Shown in pieces: positions 1 through 13,860 of a DNA stretch of 64,000 bases. The notes beneath the pieces are model-generated. The model had not been told where the DNA came from, did no database searches, and worked only from the letters and a program-made list of their open reading frames with translations. Source of the stretch: Octopus sinensis (taxonomy: Eukaryota). A program made the translations under genes and the position numbers. The stretch covers positions 15,562,001 to 15,626,000 of the forward strand of contig NC_043018.1 in the NCBI RefSeq assembly GCF_006345805.1. The letters are read 5' to 3'. How positions within the stretch are numbered: position 1 is the first letter of the stretch; the number at the start of each line of letters is the position of its first letter.

Positions 1-374
1 GAGTATTTAGTAAAATAACTGATCTTCCCACTATTAAGATATATTAAGAATATATCTTAAAGAATTCTTAAAAAATTGGAAGTTTCATCTCCTAAAACTC
101 TTTGAGGCAAATAAAAGCCTTGGCTGGAGGCCCAACCTTCCATGTTCTTTTACAGGGCTTTGTAAAACAGGACCCCTGCAATAAGCACGTGAATCTGAGA
201 GGAGAATATGTTCGATAAAATCATAATTAACTGGTCCTCTTGTATTTCCTTTTACCCAAAGCCAGAAACTTTTCAGCACACCCTCATATATTTTTTATTT
301 TTTTATTCTGTATTTCTAAGTTGTTCTAATTTGTTCTGTGCACACCAATATAAAAAGGTTTTCTGTTTTCGCAG

Positions 375-779
375 ATTCTAACAAAAGAACTGGTTTTAGA
401 GGAAGGCAAACCACCAAAACCTATTCAAATCAAATGCAACGTCCCTCCCAGTTTATTTTGCACCAAAGCAGAGAGAGATGAAGGTTCTTGTAATGTCCAG
501 GTGAAAGGTACTGTGGATGGGGTGCGAATGAAGAAATGTCCAAATGGTCTGAGTATTATACAATCAGTTTTTCTGCAGACAGGCAAGGAATCAAAAATAA
601 TGGAAAATGTCTGTGGTATTCCACTCAATTCAAAGAATTGGCAAACTGTTCAAGAAATATTCATCAAGTCTTCTATAGATACACTCATCGATAAAACACA
701 AGAAGAAAGTATCATAATCTCAATTGCAGTTCACCTTGATCGCTTCACCAGGAGGTTGGTTAATGCAGGAAGAGTGAAA
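375..779 (+). CDS. Exon 1 (module 1), pre-VWD beta domain
   Basis: gcag|ATT...AAA|gtaagt; 405 nt, phase 0-0; ILTKELVLEEGKPP...AGRVK; homologous to exons 17 and 34. Confidence 0.88.
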
Positions 780-1857
780 GTAAGTGATTTCTGTCTAATG
801 CCACCATTTCTTAAAATTGGGTGGGTAAGTGGTGGTGGTGGTAATTCTCAAAGTTGTCATGGTAATGTCCCTTATAGCTCACTTGTTTTATATGGCCTGA
901 AATGAAGACATGGTGTGTATACAAAGTGATTGGTGTTCATCAAATGTGAGGGCACATGGCCTGGAGGTGAGGATATTTGGCTCACAGTCATAAGGTTGTT
1001 GGTTCAATTTCTGCTTCATGCAGAGTGTCGTTGCTTCAGTCTACTCAGTTGAAACAAGGACCAGCTGAGTACTCATGGCAGGTGCATAAATTAGCTGAGC
1101 AAGCTACACAAACCATTCATTTATCAAAACTGTTGCTCAAAGTTGTGCCGCATTTTATGGGGGAGTCATAGTTGAATATTTTTGATTATAAATATGTTCA
1201 TTCAGGATTAATGTAAAGTAAGGAGAGGACCACAAAGCATCCTACATCAATTGCCTCCCCTCTAAGCCACTAGCATAAAAAAAAAGCAAAACAAAAGAGT
1301 GGCTGTGTGGTAAGTAGCTTGCTAACCAACCACATGGTCCCGGGTTCAGTCCCACTGCGTGGCATCTTGGGCAAGTGTCTTCTGCTATAGCCCCGGGCCG
1401 ACCAATGCCTTGTGAGTGGATTTGGTAGACGAAAACTGAAAGAAGCCTGTCGTATATATGTATATTTATATATATATATATGTATGTGTGTGTTTGTGTG
1501 TCTGCTGTGTTTGTCCCCCTAGCATTGCTTGACAACTGATGCTGGTGTGTTTACGTCCCCGTCACTTAGCGGTTTGGCAAAACAGACCGATAGAATAAGT
1601 ACTGGGCTTACAAAGAATAAGTCCCGGGGTCAATTTGCTCGACTAAAGGCGGTGCTCCAGCATGGCCGCAGTCAAATGACTGAAACAAGTAAAAGAGTAA
1701 AAGTGAGTATTAAAATGAAATAAGGAAACAAAATTTTTACTGAGCATCACCTTAAAAATACACACACACATTGAATAATGATAAAACCAGTGTTTTTAAT
1801 AAAATACATTCCATTTTCAAAATTATGAAAGAGAGGAAGAAAAAGTACACTGACACA

Positions 1858-1900
<43 letters not shown>

Positions 1901-3382
1901 CACACACACACACACAGATTTAATGTATTGAGGTATATTCTTGTTACATTTCAGGTGAAAGTTGTTGACATGGACAAAAATGTTTTGTGTAAATCTATAA
2001 ATGACCCTCATATGAGAACATTTGATAGGCAGTGAGTAAAATAAAAATTTTCTGCAATTAATATCTATCTATCTATATGCATACATTTGTATGCATTTAT
2101 ATATGTACATGTATGTATATACATATAGATACACACACTCACACAAATGTATATATATATTTCAAAATCTCATTATATGTTTTTTTTCTTTCAATTTTTA
2201 GAAATTACAATAACTTTTTTGAAGGTGAATTCATCATGTATCGACACAAGACACAACCTTTTGAGGTAAGGACTTTGATGCACAAATATATCTTCTGTGC
2301 GTGTGTGTGTGTGTTTGCTTGCGCATGAGGAAGTGACTTTCTTTTTGACATGTAAAGGTGAATCTCAACTATGTTTCAGTCATATCATTTTAATCATTTT
2401 AAAAAAATATTTCTGCATAAGACCTTTGCTGTTTGTTCAGGACAACAAGGTTATCCACTTTTATTGCAATTTCCAGATTATCTCAATACCATCATCAGGT
2501 TATGAACTTGTATTTGTTTCTTTATGTTTTTATTTATTGTGGTTGACTTATTTATGCAAACTCTGCTGCCAAAATTTGACCAGTAAAATTCCATATCATC
2601 AATCACATATTTTGTCCATCAGTGTTGCATGTCATAGGTGATGGTCATCTCCATCACATCACAACTAGTATCGGTAGGAGCAATGCTTGGATGGAAGTTT
2701 TAATCCACTGTCCAGTTTAACACCACTTCTTGGTGCTAAACACCACTTCTTGTTAGGTATTAAACACTTCTTGTTAGGTATCTGTTAGGTGTTCTTTAGT
2801 GGTGTCCACTCTGCTGTGAGCACTTGGGCCAAATCCTTACACTGAGACTCCCTTCATCCTCTGTTTCATGTACACAACATGACCCTATCTTTCCCCGGCC
2901 ATGCAGCAGAATAAACAACAACATAAGCACCACATACCAAACCTGCAGAGCTGCCTACAGTGGAGCCATCAAGACCAACCTTTTCTCTTTTCACAGCAAA
3001 TAAACTTAAGCACTCCTTATATAAAAAGAAAACAAAAATTTTCAAATCTCTGCACCAAACCCCCACCAAACAAGATGTAATATATGTCTAACACATTTCG
3101 TTTTTTTTTATTCTTATACAATGTAAGAATAACAGTGACGACAGTGAACAAACTGAAATTTCGAAGTCATTGTCAAACTTTTTCATCAAAAAGTTAGTAA
3201 ATGTTCTCTACTAAAAACAAAAGTACTGAGTAGTCCTTTAGTTGAATGTTAAATCGTTGCAATAACTTGATAAAAGAACTAGCATTAATACAATATATAA
3301 TGTTATTATCGTCATCATCATCATCATTTGATACTGCAAATGGAGCTTGACACAGCCCTGCAGCTTGCTGGATCTTGTCAAA

Positions 3383-3448
<66 letters not shown>

Positions 3449-5245
3449 CATGCTGTAAGTTACGCAGTAATGTAAACATTAACAATATCATATTGTTAAT
3501 GCTTACACTTGTGGCTGCAGTATTTTGTCTATGGCGGCTAAGTTCAATTCAGTCAAGTGATGACTTTGGAGGCTGAAACTTATATTGATATATCATGATA
3601 ATACATGTACATCTAAAACATTAAAAAAATATCTTTTTCTCTCTGTCATTCTAGGTCCGCAGTTTTTACCGTTCTTGTAATGGGTTTGCTTCTTGTAACT
3701 GTGCAGTTGCGGTGCGCAGTGGAGATGATGTAATTGTCTTTGATCGATGCGGTTCATCAATGGTAAAGCCCAAGGACAAAATTCCAATGACAGTTAAAAT
3801 TCATCTCAATGATGTCTTGACCCCTGGCACAAAAGTTATCAGCTTCAACGGTGGCAAGAAGTATGAAGTACGTGGGTTTTCATCTCCCTTCTTTTTCACT
3901 CTTAATTATTTGAGGTACATTTAGTGTACTGCTTACATATATTCCCCCGGTATTGTGGACTGGTTTTAGCCCTTTCTTATGTCTTTGTGAAATATTTCAA
4001 TTAAAGCTAATTAGTGAGGTGAATGAAGTATTGGACTGCCTGCTTTATGTTTGTGAAGTTTGTTTTGAAACCTTGTGGTTTCAGGTTCAATCCACTGTAT
4101 AGTGTTTTGGGGCAAGTGTATTCTACCATAGCCTCAAGTACACCGACCGACCGTGGTTGAGACAATGGAATTTACCATGCTACGCCAGACTTCACGGTCC
4201 ATCATGGCATTACGGAGGTCCTGTTGCTGGATGCCTGTATCCCTGGAGATTACATCAGGGTAGGAGATGTGCGCCCTCTGGTATTGCGAATACACCAATG
4301 ACTCATCATCATCATCATCATTTAGCGTCTGCTTTCCATGCTAGCATGGGTTGGACGGTTCAACTGGGGTATGGGAAGCCAGAAGGCTGCACCAGGCTCC
4401 AGTCTGATCTGGCAGTGTTTCTACGGCTGGATGCCCGTCCTAACGCCAACCACTCCGTGAGTGTAGTGGGTGCTTTTTACGTGCCACCGGCACTGTGAAA
4501 ACTGGTTGGCAGAAACTGTGAAATCCCATTGCATTGTGTGTGTGTGTGTGTGTGTGTTCTGTTGAAATATATTGTTAGGAAACGCAATCGGTGATGATCT
4601 GGCAGTTCAATAATATCAGCAAACCCAAGAAAGAAGATTAATAAATCACATCTTCTTACCAACAGTCTGCATCTCAGATACCAACAAGCTTAACTTTTTA
4701 ATAGTCCAGTCCATCTAAGCTGTATGTGTAACAGGGACTACACTCCCCCCTCTCTCTCTCTCTCTCTCTTTCTCTTCACATACACTTTTGTATGCTATTT
4801 TTTGTTGTATTTTTAAGGTCCATCTTCCAACTGGGATGGTTGTCAACATCCGACAAAGCTCAAGTCGTTTAGGCAGTTTCCTTAATCTGCAGATAAAACC
4901 ATCAGCCGTTGACTTCAACAATACTGAAGGTAAAAGTCTAACTTTTATACAATTTCTAATTCTTCTCATTATTATTATTATCATTATTATTTAATCAATT
5001 AATTAATTAATTAATTAATTAAGGTGGTGAGCAGACAGAACCATTAGCGTGCCAGGTTAAATGCTTTGCGGAATTTTGTCTGCCACTACGTTCTGAGTTC
5101 AAATTTTGCCACGGTCAACTTTGCCCTTCACCCTTTCAGAGTTGATAAATTAAGTATCAGTGAAATGCTAGGAGTCGATGTAATTGAGTCATCCTCTCAC
5201 CCAAAATGGCTGCCCTTGTGGCAAAATTTGTAACCATTATTATTA

Positions 5246-5288
<43 letters not shown>

Positions 5289-7944
5289 CATTATTATTGT
5301 TATTGTTATTAATGTTATTATAACTTAATTAATCAAGGTGGAAAGCTGGCAGAATCATTAGCATGTGGGACAGAATGCTTAGTGGTATTTCACCTGTTGC
5401 GACATTCTAAGCTCAAATTCCGCTGAGGTCAACTTTGCCTTTCATCCTTTTGGGGGTCAATAAATTAAGTATCAGTGAAACACTGGGGTCGATATAATCG
5501 ACGTCTGTCCTTCTTTGTCCTCTCTGTGTTTAGCCCCTTGTGCGTAGTAAAGAAATAGGTATTTCATCTGTTTTCACATTCTGAGTTCAAATTCCATTAA
5601 CGTCAACTTTGCCTTTCATCTTTTTGGGACTAATAAATTAAGTACCAGTTGCGTACTGGGGTCGATATAATCGACTTAATTCATTTGTCTGTCCTTCTTT
5701 GTCCTCTCTGTGTTTAGCCCCTTGTGCGTAGTAAAGAAATAGGTATTTCATCTGTCTTCACATTCTGAGTTCAAATTCCATTAATGTCGACTTTGCCTTT
5801 CATCTTTTTGGGGCTGATAAATTAAGTACCAGTTGTGTACTGGGGTCAATCTAATCAACTGCCCCCCTTCCTCCAAAACTTCAAATTTTGTGCCTAGAGT
5901 AAAAAAGTCTATTTAACCTTTCAAGTTTGATTCCTGCTGAGATTAACTTTGCCTTTCATATGCTCAGGTTTGGTAAAATGATCCCCATCAAGTTATGGTG
6001 GAGATTAACTCAACTCAATGTTACCTCTTCTCCTCCAAATTTTGTCTTTATGCTTACATCTAAAATTACTATAAAATATTTTTGTTTTTCCTTTGTTAAT
6101 CTGACAGGGTAAAAATATCACAAAGAAATGTCTTTGGTTTGATTTTTTTCAGGTTTGTGTGGAACATATGATGGAAACAAGAAGAATGACTTTTTAATGC
6201 CTAATGGCACCTTATATACTGTAATCAAGAAAAGCAAACCAGATCCATTTTCTCTGAGCTGGAGGTAAGATGTTTTGTCATTTAAACATTTTTTTTCCCT
6301 TGAAAGAAAGGCACACAACATGCAACTCTTTTCAGGGCTTTTGTGACTGATGAAGAAGAAAAAAGTGGGCTGCACAGAAACAGTGACCAAGGGACCAAGA
6401 CGTTTGGTGCTATACTATGCTTGAGAAGACCAGTCAAGCCAAGTGAGATTGTAGTCATGGCTGATGCCAGTGTTACATAACTGGCACCTGTGCCGGTGGC
6501 GCATACAAAACACCCACTGCGCTCTTACAGTAGTTGGCATTAGGAAGGGCATCCAGCTGTAGAAACCATGTCAGATCAGATTGGAACTTGGTGCAGTTCC
6601 CCAGCTTACCAGTTTCCAGTCAGGCCGTCCAACCCATGCCAGCATGGAAAATGGACGTTAAATGATGATGATGATGATGATGATGACTTGCAAGAGAATG
6701 GCCTCTGTTAAAGGCACCCAAGTATCCAGTAGTGTCATTAACATGATGTTAATGCAAACATTCCTGTCTGTTCTCTCATCTATGAATAATTCCCTCACTT
6801 CTTCCAGAAAATGGTTTGGCCGCAACCATTCCGTCACTTGTTAAGCCATTAAAAAACAAAACAAACAAAAGACAATCAAAATCAATCAAAAACAATAGAA
6901 CAACAAATGGTTTAATGTCTCTTCAACTTGCTTCAGTCATTTGACTGTGACCATGCTGGAGCACCGCCTTTAGTCAAGCAAATCGACCCCATGACTTATT
7001 CTTTGTAAGCCTAGTACTTATTCTATCGGTATCTTTTGCCAAACCGTTAAGTTACGGGGACGTAAACACACCAGCATCGGTTGTCAAGCGATGATGGGGG
7101 GACAAACACAGATACACAAACATACACACACGTGCACACACACACACACACACACATATATACCTATATACGACGGGCTTCTTTCAGTTTCCATCTACCA
7201 AATCCACTCACAAGGCTTTGGTCGGCCCGAGGCTATAGTAGAAGACACTTGCCCAAGGTGCCACGCAGTGGGACTGAACCCGGAACCATGTGGTTCGTAA
7301 GCAAGCTACTTACCAAGCAGCCACTCATTTTTTAAATTTTTTCTTTTCTCCAGAGTTGAAGAGAAAGATTCTCTTTACGATGGATATTGTCCAACTGCAA
7401 ATTCTAAAGAATATGGTCAACGGTACTGCCAGTGTGTAGAAAACAAACCAGAAGTGTGTGGTCCCAACTTTGATGTCATAAACTGCAACGCACCAGTAGC
7501 AGTTCAGAAAGGAAAGAAACGGAAGAAATTCTTGGGTTGGTACCACAAGCATTACTGTCATTGTCCTCTTCATCACCGTCATCATTACCACCACCATCTG
7601 CACTATCATCATCATTAACGCCACCACCACCACCATCATCATTAACACCACCACCATCATCATTACTATCGTCATTATCATCACCATCACCATCATCATT
7701 ACTACAATCATCATTGTCATTATTATTTTTATGTTTACCTTTTCCCTGCTGGTATGAGTTGGATGAGATGTATTAAGTCAAAGTTCTGAGGCCACGTGCC
7801 AATCCAGTTGCCAATCTTTTATTTCCGAATGAAGCATTTCATTAAAAGGAAGACTTTCTATACAACACAAAATGGTCCCTTAATTTTCACTATCTTCATT
7901 AATCTACACCCACAATGAAATCGGTTGACTTTTGCCTGGCTCTC

Positions 7945-7996
<52 letters not shown>

Positions 7997-8658
7997 ATCT
8001 ATCTCTCCATCTCTCTCTCTCTTTCTCGCTCTCTTTCTCCCCCTCTCCCTTTCTCTCTTCTCTCTCTCTTTGTTAACCACGCTTTTTCTCTCTCCCCTCT
8101 CTCTCCCCTCTCTCTCCCCCGTTCTCTCTCTCCTTACATTTATTCCCTTTTCCTCCATGTCCTCAAATTTAAGCCTCTCAATATAGTCAAGTTTGTTAAT
8201 CTGTAAATCTCATCTTATATGCTCACACTTTTTTTTTTCAAATTTATATAAAATTTTACCAGTGAGTGTGTTAAATTATGAGGCACAAAAAGAAAATGAC
8301 TCTCCCCAGATAAAACAGAATATGCTTCAACACACGAACTCACATAAAGAATCTTGCAAACCAAATCCCAAAACCGAAATATATATATCTTTGTATTTTG
8401 TATATGGCAGATGCCTAGCACTGCACTCATAAAAGTCCCTATGTTGCTTGTTGCTGGCCCCCATGTCTCATTTCCAGTCAATTTAATGGTTTCCCATCAA
8501 GTACATGGATATTACAAATAATATATAATAATATCCTATCAATGTAGTGAGGTGATCCCATAAAAATACAGGTCATGCTGGAACATATGTAGCAATGCAT
8601 AAATGAAAATATAAAAATCTTCATCCCTGAAATATTTTTGTTATATACATATATACTA

Positions 8659-8704
<46 letters not shown>

Positions 8705-9087
8705 AATGAAGGATAACATTTTTTTCGAAAAAATATTCTTTTTCAGAAAAAATTTTATCAATGGCCAGCATATCAAAAAATACCTTTAAAGGTTAAATCT
8801 ATAAACAATTCATAATTAAGGGCAAACGAAAAAATTCCTAATGCCAGATATGCCGAAAAATTGCCCTTAATTATGAATTAATATATATATATATACTAAT
8901 ACATATATATATATATATATATATATACATAAATATATACTAATACATACATATATATATATAGATATATATATGTATTAGTATATATATATATATAATT
9001 CATAATTAAGGGCAATTTTTTGCATATCTGGCATTAGGAATTTTTTCGTTTGCCCTTAATTATGAATTAATATATATATATATACTA

Positions 9088-9118
<31 letters not shown>

Positions 9119-12100
9119 CATAAATATATACTAATACATACATATATATATAGATATATATATGTATTAGTATATATATATATATAATTCATAATTAAGG
9201 GCAATTTTTTGGCATATCTGGCATTAGGAATTTTTTCGTTTGCCCTTAATTATGAATTATATATATAATATACTAATACATATATATATATATATATATA
9301 TATACATAAATATATACTAATACATACATATATATATATAGATATATATATACTAATGCATACATATATATATATACTAATACATCAGTTTTTTCATATG
9401 TATATGCACATACACATAAAATATTTGACAGCTGAAATATTTAACACCTAATCTTTTATTAGGATTGGACATGACTGAAACGTTGCTCAAGATAGCAGAG
9501 ACGCCAGAGAAATGTTTAACTAAAGAAACACAGATAATATTTGAATACAACAGGACCTATGTAGCAGGGGTGAATCATATTTTGTGATTTTCTTTTTGAT
9601 TTTTGGTCTTTTGTTTTCTCTGTTAGGGGCTTCTCTCAGTTATTTACAATGTGGCTGCAACAATAACTGGGAGAAGACTTTTGTCTATTGAATCGTATCC
9701 TTGTTTCCCTAAATTTCCCTACGTAGTTGTCCTGCCTCCGATTTTGGAAATCCTGTTTTCTCGTTGTTATGTTTGTCTTTGATTCTTACTACTATTTATT
9801 AGGCTGCTGGATTGTTAAAATTTGGGAAAAAATGCCTTGTGGTATTTCATACCCCACTTCTCATTCCAGGTCCAAATTATTTCTTCCAACTTCCAAGTTG
9901 ATAAAATAAAGTTCCAGTGCTTGATTAACCCCCTTTCCTCCCCTCAAAACTGCCTGCCTTGTACGTAAATTAAAAACTGTTATTATTGTTATTTTGGTCA
10001 TTATTAAATTTTTTCTCTCCCTTCTTTTCCCTTTTATCAGATGAGTTGTAGAAAACCTGAGTATTGTATACTATAAGCTTGTTGTTTTTTTTTAAGTGAA
10101 TGAAATTAATTTGCTTTAAAAATTTAAAAGAAAAAGTTAATTCATGTAAACTTGCAGAGTGATTGGTGTGACAGTAATATTTATTTGATAATTTTTACTC
10201 TATTGTACAAATATTAATGAACCTCCTATCTTACTTTCTTCCCCAGGAATTCCAGTCAAATCTTACTGAAGCAGAGAGTATGAAGAAATGTTCTGAACAT
10301 ATTAAAAATTCTAAAATAGGAAAACAGTGCAAATCCGTAGCAAATATAAACTACACCGAGATTATTTACTTCTGCAGTCAAGATCTAATGGTAAATCATA
10401 ATCTTCAAGATATTTCTGTGTTGACTAAAGACTTAAACGTTTCAATCAATCAAATAACATATTATTATTCTTTCATTCTACCAATCCATAATCATTCTAA
10501 TTATTGTTAATTGATTAGCATAGAATGAGGGATGTTGCATAAATTGAAAAATTATTTTATTGTCAGGCATTTATCAACTTTCACATTATAACTCAATTGC
10601 CTTCACCTTACTTGGCTATGACTACCACCATCAGACTCTGTAGAAAATGAAGGAGCCTCTATAGAGTTGTTCAGTCTGCAAAAAAGAGCAACCAAATCGC
10701 CCTCTAACCATACTGCTATCTTAAATAAAAGGAGAAGGAGTCATTAGATTTAGTCTTACAAACCCTTATAAAATGATAGATGGTCACAGTTGGAATGCCT
10801 TTGATAATGGGTCTATTTGATCATAGTTGACCAGAAATTCAACAACAGATAATGAGTGTGCATCTACATAGTTGCTTGACCTGTTAAAAATAGCTGCTAA
10901 ATCTTCCTTAAATTATATCTTAGAGCAGTGGTTTTCAACTAGGATTCCGCGGAACCTTAGGGTTCCGCCGAAGTTACAAAACTGCTAGAATCGGCAGTAA
11001 TTTTTAAGTCTCCTGTGCAGATATGTGTGCATAAGACTATTAAATTATTGCACAGGGGTTCCTCAAGCCAGTGGAATGTTTCCTTGGGATTCTGCTCCAG
11101 CAAAAAGTTTGAAAAGCACTGTCTTAGAGTATTGCAAAGAAGTAGACAAGGAGGAAACAGTGGCTAATGTGGTCTTTGATACAAAATATCCAACAGAAGG
11201 ATGGAGGGGCCAGACTAGAATGCCTGCTTAGTCAAGGGTGATGACATGAGGACCAAACAAGAACAACAACAACAAGTAAACAGAAACAAACTAAATGGTG
11301 TTAGAGGATGTAATAACAAACTGACTGACTGACTGTGTTTATCTTCGCCTGAGGTATATCTATAAAAGATATAAATATCGACAAGAAAACTAATACATTC
11401 AGTTCTTTCATATAAAAATGCCTTGTGTAGTGTTTGTTCTTACTAATGCAGTGTACCAGTGATTAACCCATCAGCTATCTGAAACCAACAATGTTATTGT
11501 TTTCCTGATATAAAATTAAAATAGTAAACAATTGCTGTCAAGAACAATAGCTTTTGTGTTTGGGACAAGAGTTTAACCCTTTTGATACTAACTCACCTGA
11601 AACTGCCCCTAAAAAAAAAATAATAAATGCGCCCTTTTAAAGCCTAGCCAGGCTCATGGGCCCGGCTTCCCGGTTTCTATGGCATATGTGTTCCCCAGCT
11701 GGATGGGACACCAGTCCATTGCAGCGTTACTCATTTTTGCAGCTGAGTGGACTGGAGAAATGTGAAATGAAGTGTTTGCTCAAGAACACAACGCGTCGTC
11801 TGGTCCAGGAATTGAAACCACAATCTTACGATCATGATGCTGATACCCTAACCACTAAGCCATGTGCCCCTGGTTCTATAATATAGATTTCCTGTTTCAA
11901 AGCGATCATCATCATCATCATCATCGTTTAACGTCCGTTCTCCATGCTAGCATGTGTTGGACGGTTCGACCGGGGATCTGGGAAGCCAGAAGGCTGCACC
12001 AGGCTCCAGGCTTATCTGGCAGTGTTTCTACAGCTGGATGCCCTTCCTAACGCCAACCACTCCGTGAGTGTAGTGGGTGCTTTTTACGTGCCAAACTTTC

Positions 12101-13774
12101 ATCAAAATATATTTATTTATGTTCCAAACACCTGTGGAATAACGACAAAGTTTTCTTACAAAATTCTTCATTATTTACAAAATTACTTGAACATAGACAT
12201 TGCAATGCAACAGAAATATGGTTATGAAAGGGTTACGGAATATTATAGGGAGCCAATTGATAGTTGGATACATAAACGTATTACTTTTATCTTATTTTTT
12301 ATTCTTTTACTTCAACAGTTAACTGGAAATGTGATGTGGACATTAGCAGCAATAAGCAACCTGGATGAAACTTGTCTCACTCAAATAAAGACCAACATTA
12401 CTGAGTGGATAGTTCCTGAAGTGGTGAACTACCTGAGTTTCCTTCAAATATAACTGATGCACTTTGTTTGAATGACTGTAGTAATCAGGGTACCTGTAAG
12501 AAAGGTAAGCAATAGTTCAATAGTTTAGATACGGTTATAAATGAGTCTAACCATGACTAAAAGGTTGAAAATATTTCCTGTGCAATTACGAGGGTCAGAA
12601 GTGGATCACAGTCTATGATGACATCTTCAGTAAATATATTTTATCGTTTTCTAATGAAGAACCTGGTCCAAAACACAAGATCTCTCTTCTTTTCTCACAG
12701 CAAACTAATTCCTCTCTGTACACTCAATATTTATTGACACAGGACACCACTAGTTTCTATTCTATCATTCCACCAGAGACTCTTTAACTTTACTGTCTCT
12801 TTTATTGACTACACAAAAGATAAAAGGCTAAGTGGACCCAGTAAAATGACAACTGACAGAGAGCTGAAACTCATCATCATCATCGTTTAACGTCTGGTTT
12901 CCATGCTAGCATGGGTTGGACGATTTGACAGAGGACTGGCAAACCAGATGGCTGCACCAGACTCCAATCTTGATCTGGCAGAGTTTCTACAACTGGATGC
13001 CCTTCCTGAAGCCAACCACTCTGAGAGTGTAGTGGGTTCTTTTACGTGCCACCAGCACGAGTGTCAGTCAAGTGGTACTGGCAACGGCCACGCTCAAATG
13101 GTGTTTTTAGTAAAGTTCATTCTGTTGCAGACATTTAGACCAGACCACTCTTAGTTTAAGGATAAAATTCCCACGTCCCTCAGTTTTTGAGTCTTTGAAA
13201 AATAGAAGCCTACTTCTTATCAGAAGCAGTGGTAATTAAAATGAATTTGTCAGTCATTCTTTAAATCTTGTGTTTCTGTTTATTTCAGGTATCTGCTTGT
13301 GTAACCAAACATTTGATGGTGTTGACTGTTCCATCAGTATTCTCATACCACCAACTATTGAGACAACATTCTTCATCAGAAAGATCCAAGTTTTGAACAA
13401 AATAAAAGACCTGGTAATAACTGGAAGTGGTTTTATAGAAGGTCCCAATCTTACTTGCTCAATCAGAGAAAATGTAAGCGGCATGTTTTGAGTTATTTAA
13501 AAAATTTCTTTTGCAAAATCTTTAAAGAATTCTTATCATCATCATGAGTTGTTGTTTAGTCCCAGGCTTGACTTGATGGAGTAGCCCTATTGAGGAAATT
13601 TCCAGCTTTGACTACCAAGGTTGTGTGTGTGTGTGTGTGTGTGTATTTCTCCATTTTTATTCTTTCTCTCACAATTTTCTTCCTCTCATCCCTTTCCATC
13701 GAAGAGCGTAGGCTCAAAACACCAAAGACTTTTCCCTTCTTCCTGAGTTTCAAACTAATACACCTGTTTGTGTG

Positions 13775-13860
<86 letters not shown>

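Noticed and set aside
7081-7335. Recurrent short ORFs such as RRASFSF..PNPLTRLWSARGYSRRHLPK and YQIHSQGFGRPEAIVEDTCPRC
   Set aside because: Incidental translations of SINE family A copies on either strand.
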